From: Confluentibacter lentus
Lineage (GTDB): Bacteria; Bacteroidota; Bacteroidia; Flavobacteriales; Flavobacteriaceae
DNA length: 64,000 nucleotides
Assembly: GCF_002806995.1 (NCBI RefSeq)
Contig: NZ_NIHE01000002.1
Coordinates: 526,778 to 590,777 of the forward strand
Direction of reading: 5' to 3'
Shown: positions 41,494 through 51,285 of the stretch, piece after piece
Layout: each line of letters begins with the position of its first letter
Position numbering within the stretch: position 1 is the stretch's first letter
Notes under the pieces: model-generated
Database searches by the model: none
What the model was told of the DNA's origin: nothing
The model's input: only the letters and a program-made list of their open reading frames with translations
Program-made: the position numbers and the translations under genes

Positions 41494-42294
41494 ATGCTTG
41501 ACTTGAAACGGTTAGCTTTCTTTTTTGGCTTGTTTGTACTGAGTCAAACTGCATTCTCTCAATTAGGCTTTTCACACGAACTAGGCGTTATTGCTGGTCC
41601 AGTCCAGTTTCGTTCTGACTTTGGGAATCGATCAGATGAAGAAACAAATTTTGGAAATTCTGGTATTGGCGTTGGAATTATTCATTACTTAAACTTTTCT
41701 TACAGCGCAGATTGTAATTGTTATACCACTGACACCTATTTTAATGACCATTTTAAATTACGTAATGAAATCTCTTGGAACAGAACAAATTTAGAGCATC
41801 TTGGTAAATGGGTAGACCCAAGCAGAACCACTATAGAGGCCAATCAGCTTAGGGGGCACACTGGCGTTGCCAATAATTTAGATATTGGTACACAGCTAGA
41901 GTTTTTCCCCTTAAGTATTCGTTCTTTTCAGGCATTTAGCTATAGACTTGCTCCTTTTGTAAGTTTAGGTGTTCATTATACTTCTTTTACACCAAAGGTT
42001 AAAACAACATATGCAAATCCAAATCCTGCTGCTTTTGGCGATGTTACAGACCCAAGTAATTTTTACTCAGGTTGGGCTCCAGGATCTGTAGACGCCTCTC
42101 CAGGCAACACATTTTCTATGGTTACCAGTGTAGGTTTTAGATATAAAGTTGGAAAACTTTCTGATTTAATGTTAGACCTGAGATGGCAATACTACTTTAA
42201 TGATAGGGTTGATGGACTTGACCATAACCTTAATTATAACAAGTATAACGACTGGCTTTTATGGCTGAATGTAGGTTATATTATTTATTTATAA
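41494..42294 (+). CDS. putative outer-membrane beta-barrel protein of unknown function
   Basis: 266 aa. Signal peptide. Alternating beta-like pattern. The C-terminus ends in aromatic residues (...GYIIYL). Confidence 0.45.
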   Translation: MLDLKRLAFFFGLFVLSQTAFSQLGFSHELGVIAGPVQFRSDFGNRSDEETNFGNSGIGVGIIHYLNFSYSADCNCYTTDTYFNDHFKLRNEISWNRTNLEHLGKWVDPSRTTIEANQLRGHTGVANNLDIGTQLEFFPLSIRSFQAFSYRLAPFVSLGVHYTSFTPKVKTTYANPNPAAFGDVTDPSNFYSGWAPGSVDASPGNTFSMVTSVGFRYKVGKLSDLMLDLRWQYYFNDRVDGLDHNLNYNKYNDWLLWLNVGYIIYL

Positions 42295-42382
42295 TAGGCT
42301 CATTTTTCTAAAGAAACATCCTTTAACAAGCTGTATTCAAACGTAATATTTATACCTTTGTTGTGTGTAAACATTACCCTCC

Positions 42383-43105
42383 ATGTTCAAAAACTTTTAT
42401 TACTTTATTTTTATTGGTTTTCTTATTTTGAGTTCTTGCAAAGACGACCCAAAAATAAGTTTTTCAGACATAAATATTACCACTCAAGAAAACACTCTTG
42501 TTGAAGTTTTAATACCTGTCGCAACGGGAAATATAAACATTATTGATAATATAAATTCCGTTGTTAATAATCATGTTATAGAAATGCTCCGTTTGGACCC
42601 TTCAGAACCTGTGACCATCAAAACGATTGAAGAAGGTATTGATATTTTTAATGATGAATACAATCGCTTTAAAGCTGATTTCCCAGAAAGCTCTCAGCCT
42701 TGGGAAGCACAAATAGATGGCGAGATTATGTACCAATCACCCGAATTAATTAGCATATCACTAACATCCTATCTAGACACCGGTGGTGCCCATGGAAACC
42801 TAACCATTTCATTTTTAAATTTTGATGCCAAAACAGGAAAACCGATTAAAAATTCAGATTTATTTAAAAATATGGCTGATTTTAATGCATTGGCAAATCG
42901 CTATTTTGAAGATACCATTGAAGACAAAGATGTTCTCTTTGATCCTCAATCATTTAAATTACCCGAAAACATAGGCGTTAATGACGAAGGTGTTGTATTA
43001 CTTTATAATGCTTATGAAATCGCACCTTACTCAGAAGGCATCATTGAATTTGTTATTCCTTTTGAAAATATAAATCCCCTTTTAAATTTTGATAGCGCGC
43101 AATAA
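42383..43105 (+). CDS. DUF3298/DUF4163-type lipoprotein
   Basis: 240 aa. Lipobox ILSSCKD. The SYLDTGGAHGN motif is characteristic of DUF3298. Confidence 0.6.
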   Translation: MFKNFYYFIFIGFLILSSCKDDPKISFSDINITTQENTLVEVLIPVATGNINIIDNINSVVNNHVIEMLRLDPSEPVTIKTIEEGIDIFNDEYNRFKADFPESSQPWEAQIDGEIMYQSPELISISLTSYLDTGGAHGNLTISFLNFDAKTGKPIKNSDLFKNMADFNALANRYFEDTIEDKDVLFDPQSFKLPENIGVNDEGVVLLYNAYEIAPYSEGIIEFVIPFENINPLLNFDSAQ

Positions 43106-43546
43106 AGCCATAATATAACCTATGTGCAATCCTTCGTGAAAAGCAGTGAATTGAAGGGCATCTTCAACACTTTTAAGCGTGTTGCCAGTTGTAACAACCA
43201 CATATTCTTGATAATTTTGAAATACCCCATTATTATAATCTTCTTGGGTTTTTTGAATTGGAGAAAATAACAATCCTTTAATTTCTTCGACTTCATCTAA
43301 AGTTATAGGAGCTTCTGGCTTAGAACCTTTTCTATATTTTTCAACAAACGCATCGCTTACCATAAGAGGCAATCCAGATAATTTATAAACAAGTATTTGT
43401 TGTGAAACTATGAGGTGGGCAATATTCCAAATAATGTTGTTATTAAACCCTTTTGGGATTTTGTTTAAATCTTCTAACGAATTACTTTCTATTACGCTAT
43501 GTAAATATTTCCTTGTGTTTGGTAAAACTTCAAATATAAAATCCAT
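43082..43546 (-). CDS. DinB/YfiT-family metal-dependent hydrolase-like protein
   Basis: 154 aa. Four-helix-bundle DinB_2-like pattern (NIAHLIVSQQ...FHEGLHIGYI). Confidence 0.55.
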   Translation of the reverse strand: MDFIFEVLPNTRKYLHSVIESNSLEDLNKIPKGFNNNIIWNIAHLIVSQQILVYKLSGLPLMVSDAFVEKYRKGSKPEAPITLDEVEEIKGLLFSPIQKTQEDYNNGVFQNYQEYVVVTTGNTLKSVEDALQFTAFHEGLHIGYIMALLRAIKI

Positions 43547-43658
43547 GAACTATGCTATATTAATTTTCGATAAATATACTTTTTTATGAAAACATTTCTT
43601 TTATATTGTAGTTAAATTTTCTAGATTTCCATGTGTAGTAAACAATAAAATCAATCAA

Positions 43659-44012
43659 ATGAAAAAGGTATATTATTTAAAAACGTGTAGTACGTGTAAC
43701 CGAATTTTAAAGGAATTAAATCTTCCCTCTGATTATATTTTACAGGATATTAAAACTGAAGAGATTACAGTGAAACAACTTGAAGAGATGAAAAAATTAG
43801 CTGGTAGCTATGAAGTACTTTTCAGTAAACGATCCAATCTTTACAAAGAAATGGATTTGAAAAACCAAGAGTTGACCGAACGTGATTATAAACACTATAT
43901 TTTAGAACATTATACATTTTTAAGCAGGCCAGTCATTATATGTGATGACGCTATTTTTATAGGGAATTCCAGAAATGTTGTTGAAGCTGCTAAAAAGAAA
44001 ATCAACAATTAA
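43659..44012 (+). CDS. ArsC/Spx-family (YffB-like) thioredoxin-fold protein
   Basis: 117 aa. MKKVYYLKTCSTCNR is the ArsC-family N-terminal Cys motif. Confidence 0.75.
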   Translation: MKKVYYLKTCSTCNRILKELNLPSDYILQDIKTEEITVKQLEEMKKLAGSYEVLFSKRSNLYKEMDLKNQELTERDYKHYILEHYTFLSRPVIICDDAIFIGNSRNVVEAAKKKINN

Positions 44013-44146
44013 TGGCATCCGCACCCATCATTACCTCCACACCCTTTTTTTGATTTAGTCGGTTTCCAAATAAACTTTCTGACCATAAAGATTATAGCCA
44101 AACCTACTGCAACGACAACTAATATGTTTTGTATTATGGTGTTCAT
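44009..44146 (-). CDS. FeoB-associated Cys-rich membrane peptide (45 aa), absent from the ORF track
   Basis: MNTIIQNILVVVAVGLAIIFMVRKFIWKPTKSKKGCGGNDGCGCH: one TM helix plus a C-terminal CGG..GCGC cluster. It sits directly downstream of feoB on the same strand. It overlaps the convergent ArsC-family stop codon by 4 nt. Confidence 0.7.
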   Translation of the reverse strand: MNTIIQNILVVVAVGLAIIFMVRKFIWKPTKSKKGCGGNDGCGCH

Positions 44147-44182
44147 GATGATGTTGGTCGGAAATCCTTTTATTTCCTTAAA

Positions 44183-46282
44183 CTATTTTAAAAATTGAAA
44201 CGCCAATAAGGCTACTATATAAGCAAAACTACTCATAATTATCAATTGTAAAGTAGGCCATTTCCAACTGTTTGTTTCACGTTTAACAATGGCTAATGTA
44301 CTCATGCACTGCATGGCAAATGCGTAAAACAATAGTAATGATACTCCTGATGCAAAAGTAAATAAAGGGCCGCCAAGAATTGGGTTTACTTCACCTGCCA
44401 TTCTGTTTTTAATGGTCTCTTCTTCATCGCTTCCTACACTATAAATGGTCGCTAGTGTGCCCACGAATACTTCGCGAGCAGCAAAACTACTCACAATGGC
44501 AATACCAATTTTCCAATCGTAACCCAAGGGTCTTATCGCAGGTTCTATAGCTCGACCCGTAATGCCAATAAATGAATATTCCAATTTTTGAGACGAAATT
44601 TTGCGTTGCAATTCGTCTTCACTTAAATTTTGGGAAGCATACTCTTTTTTCACGATGGTCTCTGCATCATTAAATTCTGGTCCAGGACCATAAGATGCCA
44701 AGCCCCAAAGTAAAATAGAAATGGCTAGAATTATTTTTCCTGCGCCAAAAACAAAGGATTTTGTTTTTTCAACAACCGTTAACACCACATTTTTAAATAA
44801 AGGCAGCTTGTAATTGGGCATCTCAATCACAAAAAATGTTTTGCTTTTGATTTTCAATATTTTGTTTAAGATGTATGCTGAAATTATCGCCGTACCAAAT
44901 CCAATCAAGTACAATAACATAAGCGTAAGTGCTTGGTATCCTAAACCGAAAAAGCGTCCTTCTGGTATGACCAAAGAAATAATAATTAAATATACAGGAA
45001 GTCTTGCTGAACATGTTGTAAAAGGCGTTACCAAAATAGTAATCAAGCGTTCTTTCCAACTTTCAATATTTCTGGTGGCCATAATGGCAGGAATTGCACA
45101 GGCGGTACCTGATATGAGTGGCACCACACTTTTTCCACTTAACCCAAACCGTCTCATAATTCTATCCATTAAAAACACCACGCGACTCATATAGCCACTT
45201 TCCTCAAGAACAGAAATAAATAAAAATAAAAATGCTATTTGAGGAATAAAAATAACAATACCGCCCAGACCAGGAATGATACCTTCAGCTAATAGATTAG
45301 TAAAAACACCTGATGGCAATGCATTTTTTGCCCACTCACTTAAAGACGCAAAAACGCTATCAATAAAATCCATTGGCACACTGGACCAATCATAAATAGC
45401 TTGAAAAATGGTAAGTAAAATGATGAAGAAAATAAGATATCCCCAAACTTTATGGGTTAAAACCCTATCCAATTTCGTCCGTAAATCTTTAGCTTGTGAA
45501 GCATCAATTGTTTGTCCGTTTTTAAGAACATCATTTATAAACTGATATCTTTTAATGGTTTCCTTTTGCTGTAATCGTTTTAAATCGGCTTTACTTTTAG
45601 TCTTAAAATTAGCAATAGCATCAATTTCATTTCTATCTATTTTGCCGAAATTAACATCTTGCGTAATAACCAACCAAAGTTTATAAATTAATTGATTTGG
45701 AAATGCTTTTCGTAAATTATCAAAGTAGTCTTTATCAATTTCAGACGTGTCTAAACAAGGCGTTATAGAGATGTCTTTATAATTGGTTATTAAGTTTTTT
45801 AAATGGTCTATGCCTTCTTTTTTTCTGGTACTTACTAAAGCTACTTTGGTATTAAGACGCTCTTCTAGGTGATCAATATCCAAAGAAATACCTTTATACC
45901 GCATTCTATCTGCCATATTAATGACGAGAATGGTTGGTATCTCTAAATCTTTAATTTGAGTAAAAAGTAATAGGTTGCGTTTTAAATTTTCAACATCGCT
46001 CACTACAACAGCAACATCTGGAAAATCCTTATCATTTTTATTGAGCAGCAATTCTATAACTACGTTTTCATCAAGTGAAGACGCATTTAAACTGTACGTT
46101 CCCGGTAAATCAATGATATGAGCTTTAACACCTCTAGGTAGTTTACAAACACCTTGTTTTTTCTCGACGGTAATGCCTGGATAATTTCCAACCTTTTGAT
46201 TGAGTCCTGTTAAGGCGTTAAAAACAGATGTTTTTCCAGTATTTGGATTACCAATTAAAGCCACATTTATTTGCTTACTCAT
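44183..46282 (-). CDS. feoB: ferrous iron transporter FeoB
   Basis: 699 aa. N-terminal G-domain (GNPNTGKTSVFNALTG) plus a polytopic membrane domain. Confidence 0.95.
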   Translation of the reverse strand: MSKQINVALIGNPNTGKTSVFNALTGLNQKVGNYPGITVEKKQGVCKLPRGVKAHIIDLPGTYSLNASSLDENVVIELLLNKNDKDFPDVAVVVSDVENLKRNLLLFTQIKDLEIPTILVINMADRMRYKGISLDIDHLEERLNTKVALVSTRKKEGIDHLKNLITNYKDISITPCLDTSEIDKDYFDNLRKAFPNQLIYKLWLVITQDVNFGKIDRNEIDAIANFKTKSKADLKRLQQKETIKRYQFINDVLKNGQTIDASQAKDLRTKLDRVLTHKVWGYLIFFIILLTIFQAIYDWSSVPMDFIDSVFASLSEWAKNALPSGVFTNLLAEGIIPGLGGIVIFIPQIAFLFLFISVLEESGYMSRVVFLMDRIMRRFGLSGKSVVPLISGTACAIPAIMATRNIESWKERLITILVTPFTTCSARLPVYLIIISLVIPEGRFFGLGYQALTLMLLYLIGFGTAIISAYILNKILKIKSKTFFVIEMPNYKLPLFKNVVLTVVEKTKSFVFGAGKIILAISILLWGLASYGPGPEFNDAETIVKKEYASQNLSEDELQRKISSQKLEYSFIGITGRAIEPAIRPLGYDWKIGIAIVSSFAAREVFVGTLATIYSVGSDEEETIKNRMAGEVNPILGGPLFTFASGVSLLLFYAFAMQCMSTLAIVKRETNSWKWPTLQLIIMSSFAYIVALLAFQFLK

Positions 46283-46512
46283 AGCTCTATTTTTTCAATT
46301 AGAATGTGAGAAGCCGTTTCCTTTCTGATGGCCAAATGTGTTCCATTAATGTTTAAATACATGGGATCTTTAAACGGTGCCAACTGAACAAGTTCTACAA
46401 AATTACCTGGCAAACACCCCATTTCAAGCAACTTTAAAGGTATATGTATTGAAGAAACATCAGTAATAATACCGCGTTCGCCCCGTTTAAGATGTGCTAG
46501 TGTAATTTGCAA
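46279..46512 (-). CDS. feoA: ferrous iron transport protein FeoA
   Basis: 77 aa SH3-like FeoA. It overlaps the feoB start by 4 nt. Confidence 0.85.
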   Translation of the reverse strand: MQITLAHLKRGERGIITDVSSIHIPLKLLEMGCLPGNFVELVQLAPFKDPMYLNINGTHLAIRKETASHILIEKIEL

Positions 46513-46624
46513 GCTTATTTAGATTGATTTTAAAGAAGCAAAAGTAAGGTAAAAGTTTATAGTTACAAAGTAACTAAGTTATAAAGTTTTCAAAGCTTGA
46601 GCTTAACAACAAACAATCAAAGAT

Positions 46625-47293
46625 TTATTTTTCCTTTTTAAGGATTTTAATATCATCTAGCAAACGTTCAATATCTTCAGGTTTAGTGCCATCATAAAAA
46701 CCTCTTATCTGTTTCTTTTTATCAATAAGCATGAAGTTTTCGGTGTGAATCATATCAAAGGGGCCGCCATCTCCATTGCTTTTAACTGCTAAATAGCTTT
46801 TTCTTGCTAGCTCGTAAATATGTTTTTTATCGCCAGTCACTAAATTCCACTTCGCATCATTAACGCCTTTTTCTTTAGCGTAACGTTTTAATTGTTCAAC
46901 AGTATCTATTTCTGGGGTAACTGTGTGAGATAATAGCATGACTTCATTATCATCCATTATTTCTTTTTGAACATCGGCCATATGGCTAGTCATTATGGGG
47001 CAAATGGTTTGACAGGTTGTGAAAAAGAAATCGGCCACATAGATTTTATTTTGGTAATCATCTTGGGTAATGGTCTTTCCGTTTTGATTAATAAGTTTAA
47101 AATCGGCTATTTTATGATATTTTCTTTTGCTTTGAATGGTACTGTCAACCAATTCTGAATTAACCATTTCTGGCTGATAAACAGGTAAAGGCTTATAAAC
47201 ATTAAGTGTATCGTAAATTATCGTAACAATTATAATAGAAATAATGCCAAAAACAATAGCAAAAATTTTATACTCTTTAAAGAATGACTGCAT
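46625..47293 (-). CDS. SCO1/SenC-family copper chaperone / thiol-disulfide protein
   Basis: 222 aa. N-terminal TM. CQTICP (CxxxC) thioredoxin-like motif. Confidence 0.8.
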   Translation of the reverse strand: MQSFFKEYKIFAIVFGIISIIIVTIIYDTLNVYKPLPVYQPEMVNSELVDSTIQSKRKYHKIADFKLINQNGKTITQDDYQNKIYVADFFFTTCQTICPIMTSHMADVQKEIMDDNEVMLLSHTVTPEIDTVEQLKRYAKEKGVNDAKWNLVTGDKKHIYELARKSYLAVKSNGDGGPFDMIHTENFMLIDKKKQIRGFYDGTKPEDIERLLDDIKILKKEK

Positions 47294-47456
47294 TAAAACG
47301 AATAAAAATTAAATTAATACAAAAATACAATGAAATTAAAAGATGTACTGCCACATAATGGCTTAATTTCTTGTTAAATCACGTCACTATTTATAATTAG
47401 CTTTTTAAAGTTGGTTTAAAAGATTACTTTTGTGCGGTTATAAAAAAAAGCAATAC

Positions 47457-48785
47457 ATGTCTGTATTTTTAATAAAAGCGGCTCAATTATTATTAAGCCT
47501 TTCCATATTGGTAGTTTTACACGAACTGGGGCACTTTATCCCTGCTAAATTGTTTAAAACTAGGGTAGAAAAATTCTATTTGTTTTTTGATGTTAAGTTT
47601 TCATTGTTTAAAAAGAAAATAGGCGATACGGTTTATGGTATTGGCTGGTTACCATTAGGCGGCTATGTGAAAATTTCTGGAATGATTGATGAAAGTATGG
47701 ACACTGAGCAAATGGCACAACCGCCACAGCCGTGGGAATTTCGCTCTAAGCCAGCATGGCAGCGATTAATTATTATGTTGGGTGGCGTTACGGTGAATTT
47801 TTTACTGGGCTTTTTTATTTATATGATGATATTGTTTGTATGGGGGAGAGATTACCAAAATACAGATGATATAAAATATGGGTTTGGAGTCACTAAAACC
47901 ATGGAAAAATATGGTTTTAAGGATGGAGATAAAATAGTATCCATAAACAATATCCCTTTTGCAGAAACTGACAATATATCTGCCCATTTAATGTTTAGAA
48001 AAACGGAACATATAACGGTAAAAAGAATTGATGGCACTATTGAAGAGTTAAAATTACCTGAAAACATAGGAACAGAGCTTTTTGAAACAGGAGACATTCC
48101 TGCTTTAGCACCAAGGCAAAAATTCAAAATAGATTCTATAGTTCCTGATTCACCTGCATTTAAAGCAGGACTTTTGGATACAGATAAAATTTTAAGTGTT
48201 GACGGAAAAGAAATAAATTATTTTACCGATTTTACCTATGCTTTAAAAAACAGAAAAGAATCAAGTGTTAGCTTGGATGTTGAAAGAAATTCAGAAGTTA
48301 AAACTTTAAAAATAACTCCGACAGATGACAATAAAATTGGAGTAAGTATTGAAGGAATAGAAGATTCTTCAATTGTTATCAGACATCGGGATTATTCTTT
48401 TGGAGAAAGCATTGTATCCGGTTTTTCAGTGGGTTATTGGACCATTAAAGATTATTTGTCGCAGTTTAAATACATCTTTACTAAAAAAGGTGCCTCACAA
48501 ATTGGTGGATTTGCTGCTATTGGCAAAATGTTCCCTGCAACATGGAACTGGGCCGCTTTTTGGCAATTAACAGCTTTCTTATCTATTATGCTTGCTGTGT
48601 TAAACTTATTGCCAATACCTGCTTTAGATGGTGGGCACGTTATGTTTTTGTTATATGAAATGATATCGGGCAGAAAACCTGGAGACAAGTTTATGGAATA
48701 TGCGCAAATGGTTGGTTTCTTTATACTTATAGCCTTGGTTCTTTTTGCCAATGGGAACGATATTTTTAAAGCTATTTTTAATTAA
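47457..48785 (+). CDS. rseP: RIP metalloprotease RseP (site-2 protease)
   Basis: HELGHF zinc motif in the first TM. PDZ domains. C-terminal LDGG motif. I place the start at MSVFLIKAAQ (the track starts 9 codons earlier). Confidence 0.9.
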   Translation: MSVFLIKAAQLLLSLSILVVLHELGHFIPAKLFKTRVEKFYLFFDVKFSLFKKKIGDTVYGIGWLPLGGYVKISGMIDESMDTEQMAQPPQPWEFRSKPAWQRLIIMLGGVTVNFLLGFFIYMMILFVWGRDYQNTDDIKYGFGVTKTMEKYGFKDGDKIVSINNIPFAETDNISAHLMFRKTEHITVKRIDGTIEELKLPENIGTELFETGDIPALAPRQKFKIDSIVPDSPAFKAGLLDTDKILSVDGKEINYFTDFTYALKNRKESSVSLDVERNSEVKTLKITPTDDNKIGVSIEGIEDSSIVIRHRDYSFGESIVSGFSVGYWTIKDYLSQFKYIFTKKGASQIGGFAAIGKMFPATWNWAAFWQLTAFLSIMLAVLNLLPIPALDGGHVMFLLYEMISGRKPGDKFMEYAQMVGFFILIALVLFANGNDIFKAIFN

Positions 48786-48802
48786 TATTTTTTTAATTTT
48801 TA

Positions 48803-48836
48803 TATTGCAAAGTATAAAAATATATATATATTTGCG
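48803..48836 (+). promoter_or_regulatory. Bacteroidetes sigma-A-type promoter for tRNA-Asn (TTG ... TATATTTG)
   Basis: -33 TTG at ~48805 and -7 TAnnTTTG at 48827-48834. This would place the transcription start roughly 15-20 nt before the mature tRNA 5' end. Confidence 0.4.
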
Positions 48837-48859
48837 CTCGCAAAAGCGAAAAGAAACAC

Positions 48860-48933
48860 TCCTCCTTAGCTCAGTTGGTTAGAGCATTTGACTGTTAATC
48901 AAAGGGTCCTTGGTTCGAGCCCAAGAGGGGGAG
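48860..48933 (+). tRNA. tRNA-Asn (anticodon GTT)
   Basis: Cloverleaf drawn by hand. Acceptor stem TCCTCCT/AGGGGGA (one G-U pair). D arm TAGCTCAGTTGGTTAGAGC. Anticodon stem TTTGA/TCAAA with loop CTGTTAA (anticodon GTT at ~48894-48896). T arm CTTGG-TTCGAGC-CCAAG. No encoded CCA. Confidence 0.9.
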
Positions 48934-48943
48934 CAAAACAAGA

Positions 48944-48976
48944 AAAGACTTTACAGAAATGTAAGGTCTTTTTTGT
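48944..48976 (+). terminator. tRNA terminator AAGACTTTAcagaaatgTAAGGTCTTtttt
   Basis: 8-bp stem (one G-U pair) and T-run. Confidence 0.55.
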
Positions 48977-49079
48977 TACTAGCAAGGTTATTAAGCACTA
49001 ATACAAAATATTAAAAAAGATTACATCCGCTTAAACCTTTATACTAAAACTTTATCTAAGCATTATAATCATTAATAAT

Positions 49080-50603
49080 ATGAATACTAACATCCTAAAA
49101 AGCAAAGCATCATTTATAGTGTTCTTGTTTTCAGCCATTTTATTAACTAGTTGGAATCTTCCAATAAAAAACAAAGAAAAAAATAGCTCTGTTTTTATAT
49201 CCCATTTTGAAAATATATTGGGAACTTCTTTTGAGATGAAAATAAAAACAACGTCAAACAAACAAGCCCTCATTGCTGAAAAAATTGCTTTAAATGAAAT
49301 AAATAGACTTTCTAAAATATTAAGTGCATATGATACACAAAGCGAATTTAGTATTTGGATGCGTACCCAAAATATTCCTGTGAAAGCATCCAAAGAACTT
49401 ATAGAAGTTTTAAGTTTATTCGATACATGGAAACAATATACCAATGGCACCATAAATCCTGCTTTTGAAGTGGTTAGCCAAGTTTGGGAAAATGCCGAAA
49501 ACACACAAATTTCACCTTCAAAAAACGAGTTGCAAATGGCTGCAAATAAGGCCAATCAAACACACTGGAAAATTGATTATAAAAACGGCACCATTACACA
49601 TCTTACAAACGCGCCATTAAAGCTAAATACCTTTGTGAAAAGTTATATTATAGATCGTGCCACAAAAAAAGTAATGGCAAATACTGATGTGGAAGGTGTT
49701 GTGATGAACATAGGAGGTGATATTTTTGTTGTTGGCAATCAAAACGAGACGATAGAAATTGCCAACCCAAAAGCCAGTGCTATTAACGATGCTGCCTTAG
49801 ATGTTGTTAAAATTCAAAATAAATTTATCGCTACCAGTGGAAATTATAAAAGAGGCCATCTCATTAAAAATGAATGGTATTCACACATCATTAACCCAAC
49901 AACAGGTATGCCGGCAGATAACATTATATCGGCTACTGTTATCGCAAATAATGCTATCGATGCGGGCGCATTAGCTACCGCTTTTAATATCATGACTATT
50001 GAGGAAAGTACTCAACTGGCTAATCAGTTTCCAGATGTAGCCTATCTTATTATTAACAAAGACGGAAAACGAATTGAAAGTGATAATTGGAAATCGGTTG
50101 AAATAACCAAACAAAATAATACTGATATTACTATTGCCAAAGATGGCCAGTGGAATCCAGCATATGAGTTAACCATCAATCTTGAATTGGCACAATTTAA
50201 TGGTCCTTACAGAAGACCATTTGTTGCTATTTGGATTGAAAATCAAGACAAAACCCCCGTAAGAAACTTATTGGTTTGGTATAACAAACCAAAATGGCTG
50301 AGGGATTTGAAAGCTTGGTATCGAGCTAATTATGTAACTTTTAATGTAGAATCACAAACCATTAATTCCATATCGAGTGCCACAAGACCCCCTGGTAACT
50401 ACGCTATTAAATGGGATGGTAAAAACGATAAAGGCGAATATGTAAAAGAAGGCACGTACATCGTAAATATTGAAGTTGTTAGAGAACACGGCACTTACCA
50501 ATTAATAACCCAAGATATTAAGATAAATAATAAAGCGAATAAAATTGAATTGGCTAAAAACCCTGAAGTAGCTTCTGCTTCTTTAGAAATTAAAAAGAAA
50601 TAA
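49080..50603 (+). CDS. FAD:protein FMN transferase (ApbE family) fused to a C-terminal DUF2271-like periplasmic domain
   Basis: 507 aa. Signal peptide. ApbE-like core (...GGDIFVVG...GHLIKNEWYSHIINPTTG). An extra ~150-aa C-terminal domain (RRPFVAIWIENQDKTPVRNLLVWYNKPKWLRDL...) resembles the DUF2271 proteins normally encoded next to ApbE and PepSY-TM genes. Confidence 0.65.
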   Translation: MNTNILKSKASFIVFLFSAILLTSWNLPIKNKEKNSSVFISHFENILGTSFEMKIKTTSNKQALIAEKIALNEINRLSKILSAYDTQSEFSIWMRTQNIPVKASKELIEVLSLFDTWKQYTNGTINPAFEVVSQVWENAENTQISPSKNELQMAANKANQTHWKIDYKNGTITHLTNAPLKLNTFVKSYIIDRATKKVMANTDVEGVVMNIGGDIFVVGNQNETIEIANPKASAINDAALDVVKIQNKFIATSGNYKRGHLIKNEWYSHIINPTTGMPADNIISATVIANNAIDAGALATAFNIMTIEESTQLANQFPDVAYLIINKDGKRIESDNWKSVEITKQNNTDITIAKDGQWNPAYELTINLELAQFNGPYRRPFVAIWIENQDKTPVRNLLVWYNKPKWLRDLKAWYRANYVTFNVESQTINSISSATRPPGNYAIKWDGKNDKGEYVKEGTYIVNIEVVREHGTYQLITQDIKINNKANKIELAKNPEVASASLEIKKK

Positions 50604-50604
50604 A

Positions 50605-51195
50605 ATGGCTAAGAAGTTAATAGCCAAATATTCAAGATGGCTACATATTTATCTGTCAATGGTTAGCTTTATAATTGTGTTGTTTTTTTCAATTACAGGC
50701 CTAACGTTAAACCATGCCGATTTTTTCCAAAAAAACACTTCCATTACACAACATAAAGGCACATTAGAGCCTAGTTGGGTAAATGCTACGGACACATTGA
50801 AAATTAAAAAGCTTGAGATTGTAGAACACTTTAGAAATACATATAAAGTAAAAGGTGCTGTTGCCGATTTTAACATTTATGACAGTGAAATAAGTGTTAC
50901 TTTTAAAGCTCCGGGTTATGCTGCTGATGTATTTATAAATCGGTCTGATGCCAGTTACTCCTTAATGGAAACCAATCAAGGTTTAATGGGGTTTTTTAAT
51001 GATTTACACAAAGGAAGGGATACTGGCAAAGCATGGCTATGGGTTATTGACATATCTGCAATTTTAATGACCGTAATTTCACTATCGGGCCTCATCCTAT
51101 TGTTATATATTAAGAAAAAAAGGTTGGCGGGGATTGTATTGCTTTTTACTGGATTGGTTATAATTTATGTCATCTACCATTTTTGGGGGCAATAA
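50605..51195 (+). CDS. PepSY-associated TM-helix protein (short form)
   Basis: 196 aa. The N-terminal TM segment plus HADFF motif (LHIYLSMVSFIIVLFFSITGLTLNHADFF) is typical of PepSY_TM proteins. Second TM segment near the C-terminus. Confidence 0.7.
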   Translation: MAKKLIAKYSRWLHIYLSMVSFIIVLFFSITGLTLNHADFFQKNTSITQHKGTLEPSWVNATDTLKIKKLEIVEHFRNTYKVKGAVADFNIYDSEISVTFKAPGYAADVFINRSDASYSLMETNQGLMGFFNDLHKGRDTGKAWLWVIDISAILMTVISLSGLILLLYIKKKRLAGIVLLFTGLVIIYVIYHFWGQ

Positions 51196-51285
51196 AAAGA
51201 AACAAAAAAGGTAAATCAACCCTAATAATAGATGTTGTTTTATCAGTTAAATATTCTTAAGAATCTAGTTAGGCTTACTGTTCAA

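Noticed and set aside
48860-48933. tRNA-Asn as an integration hotspot / island boundary
   Set aside because: No integrase, direct repeat of the tRNA 3' end, or compositional shift was found in the flanking 5 kb. The neighbours (rseP, ApbE) look like core genes.
49052-49555. 167-aa minus-strand ORF overlapping the ApbE start
   Set aside because: It is antisense to the N-terminus of a well-supported ApbE-family gene and to the preceding intergenic region.
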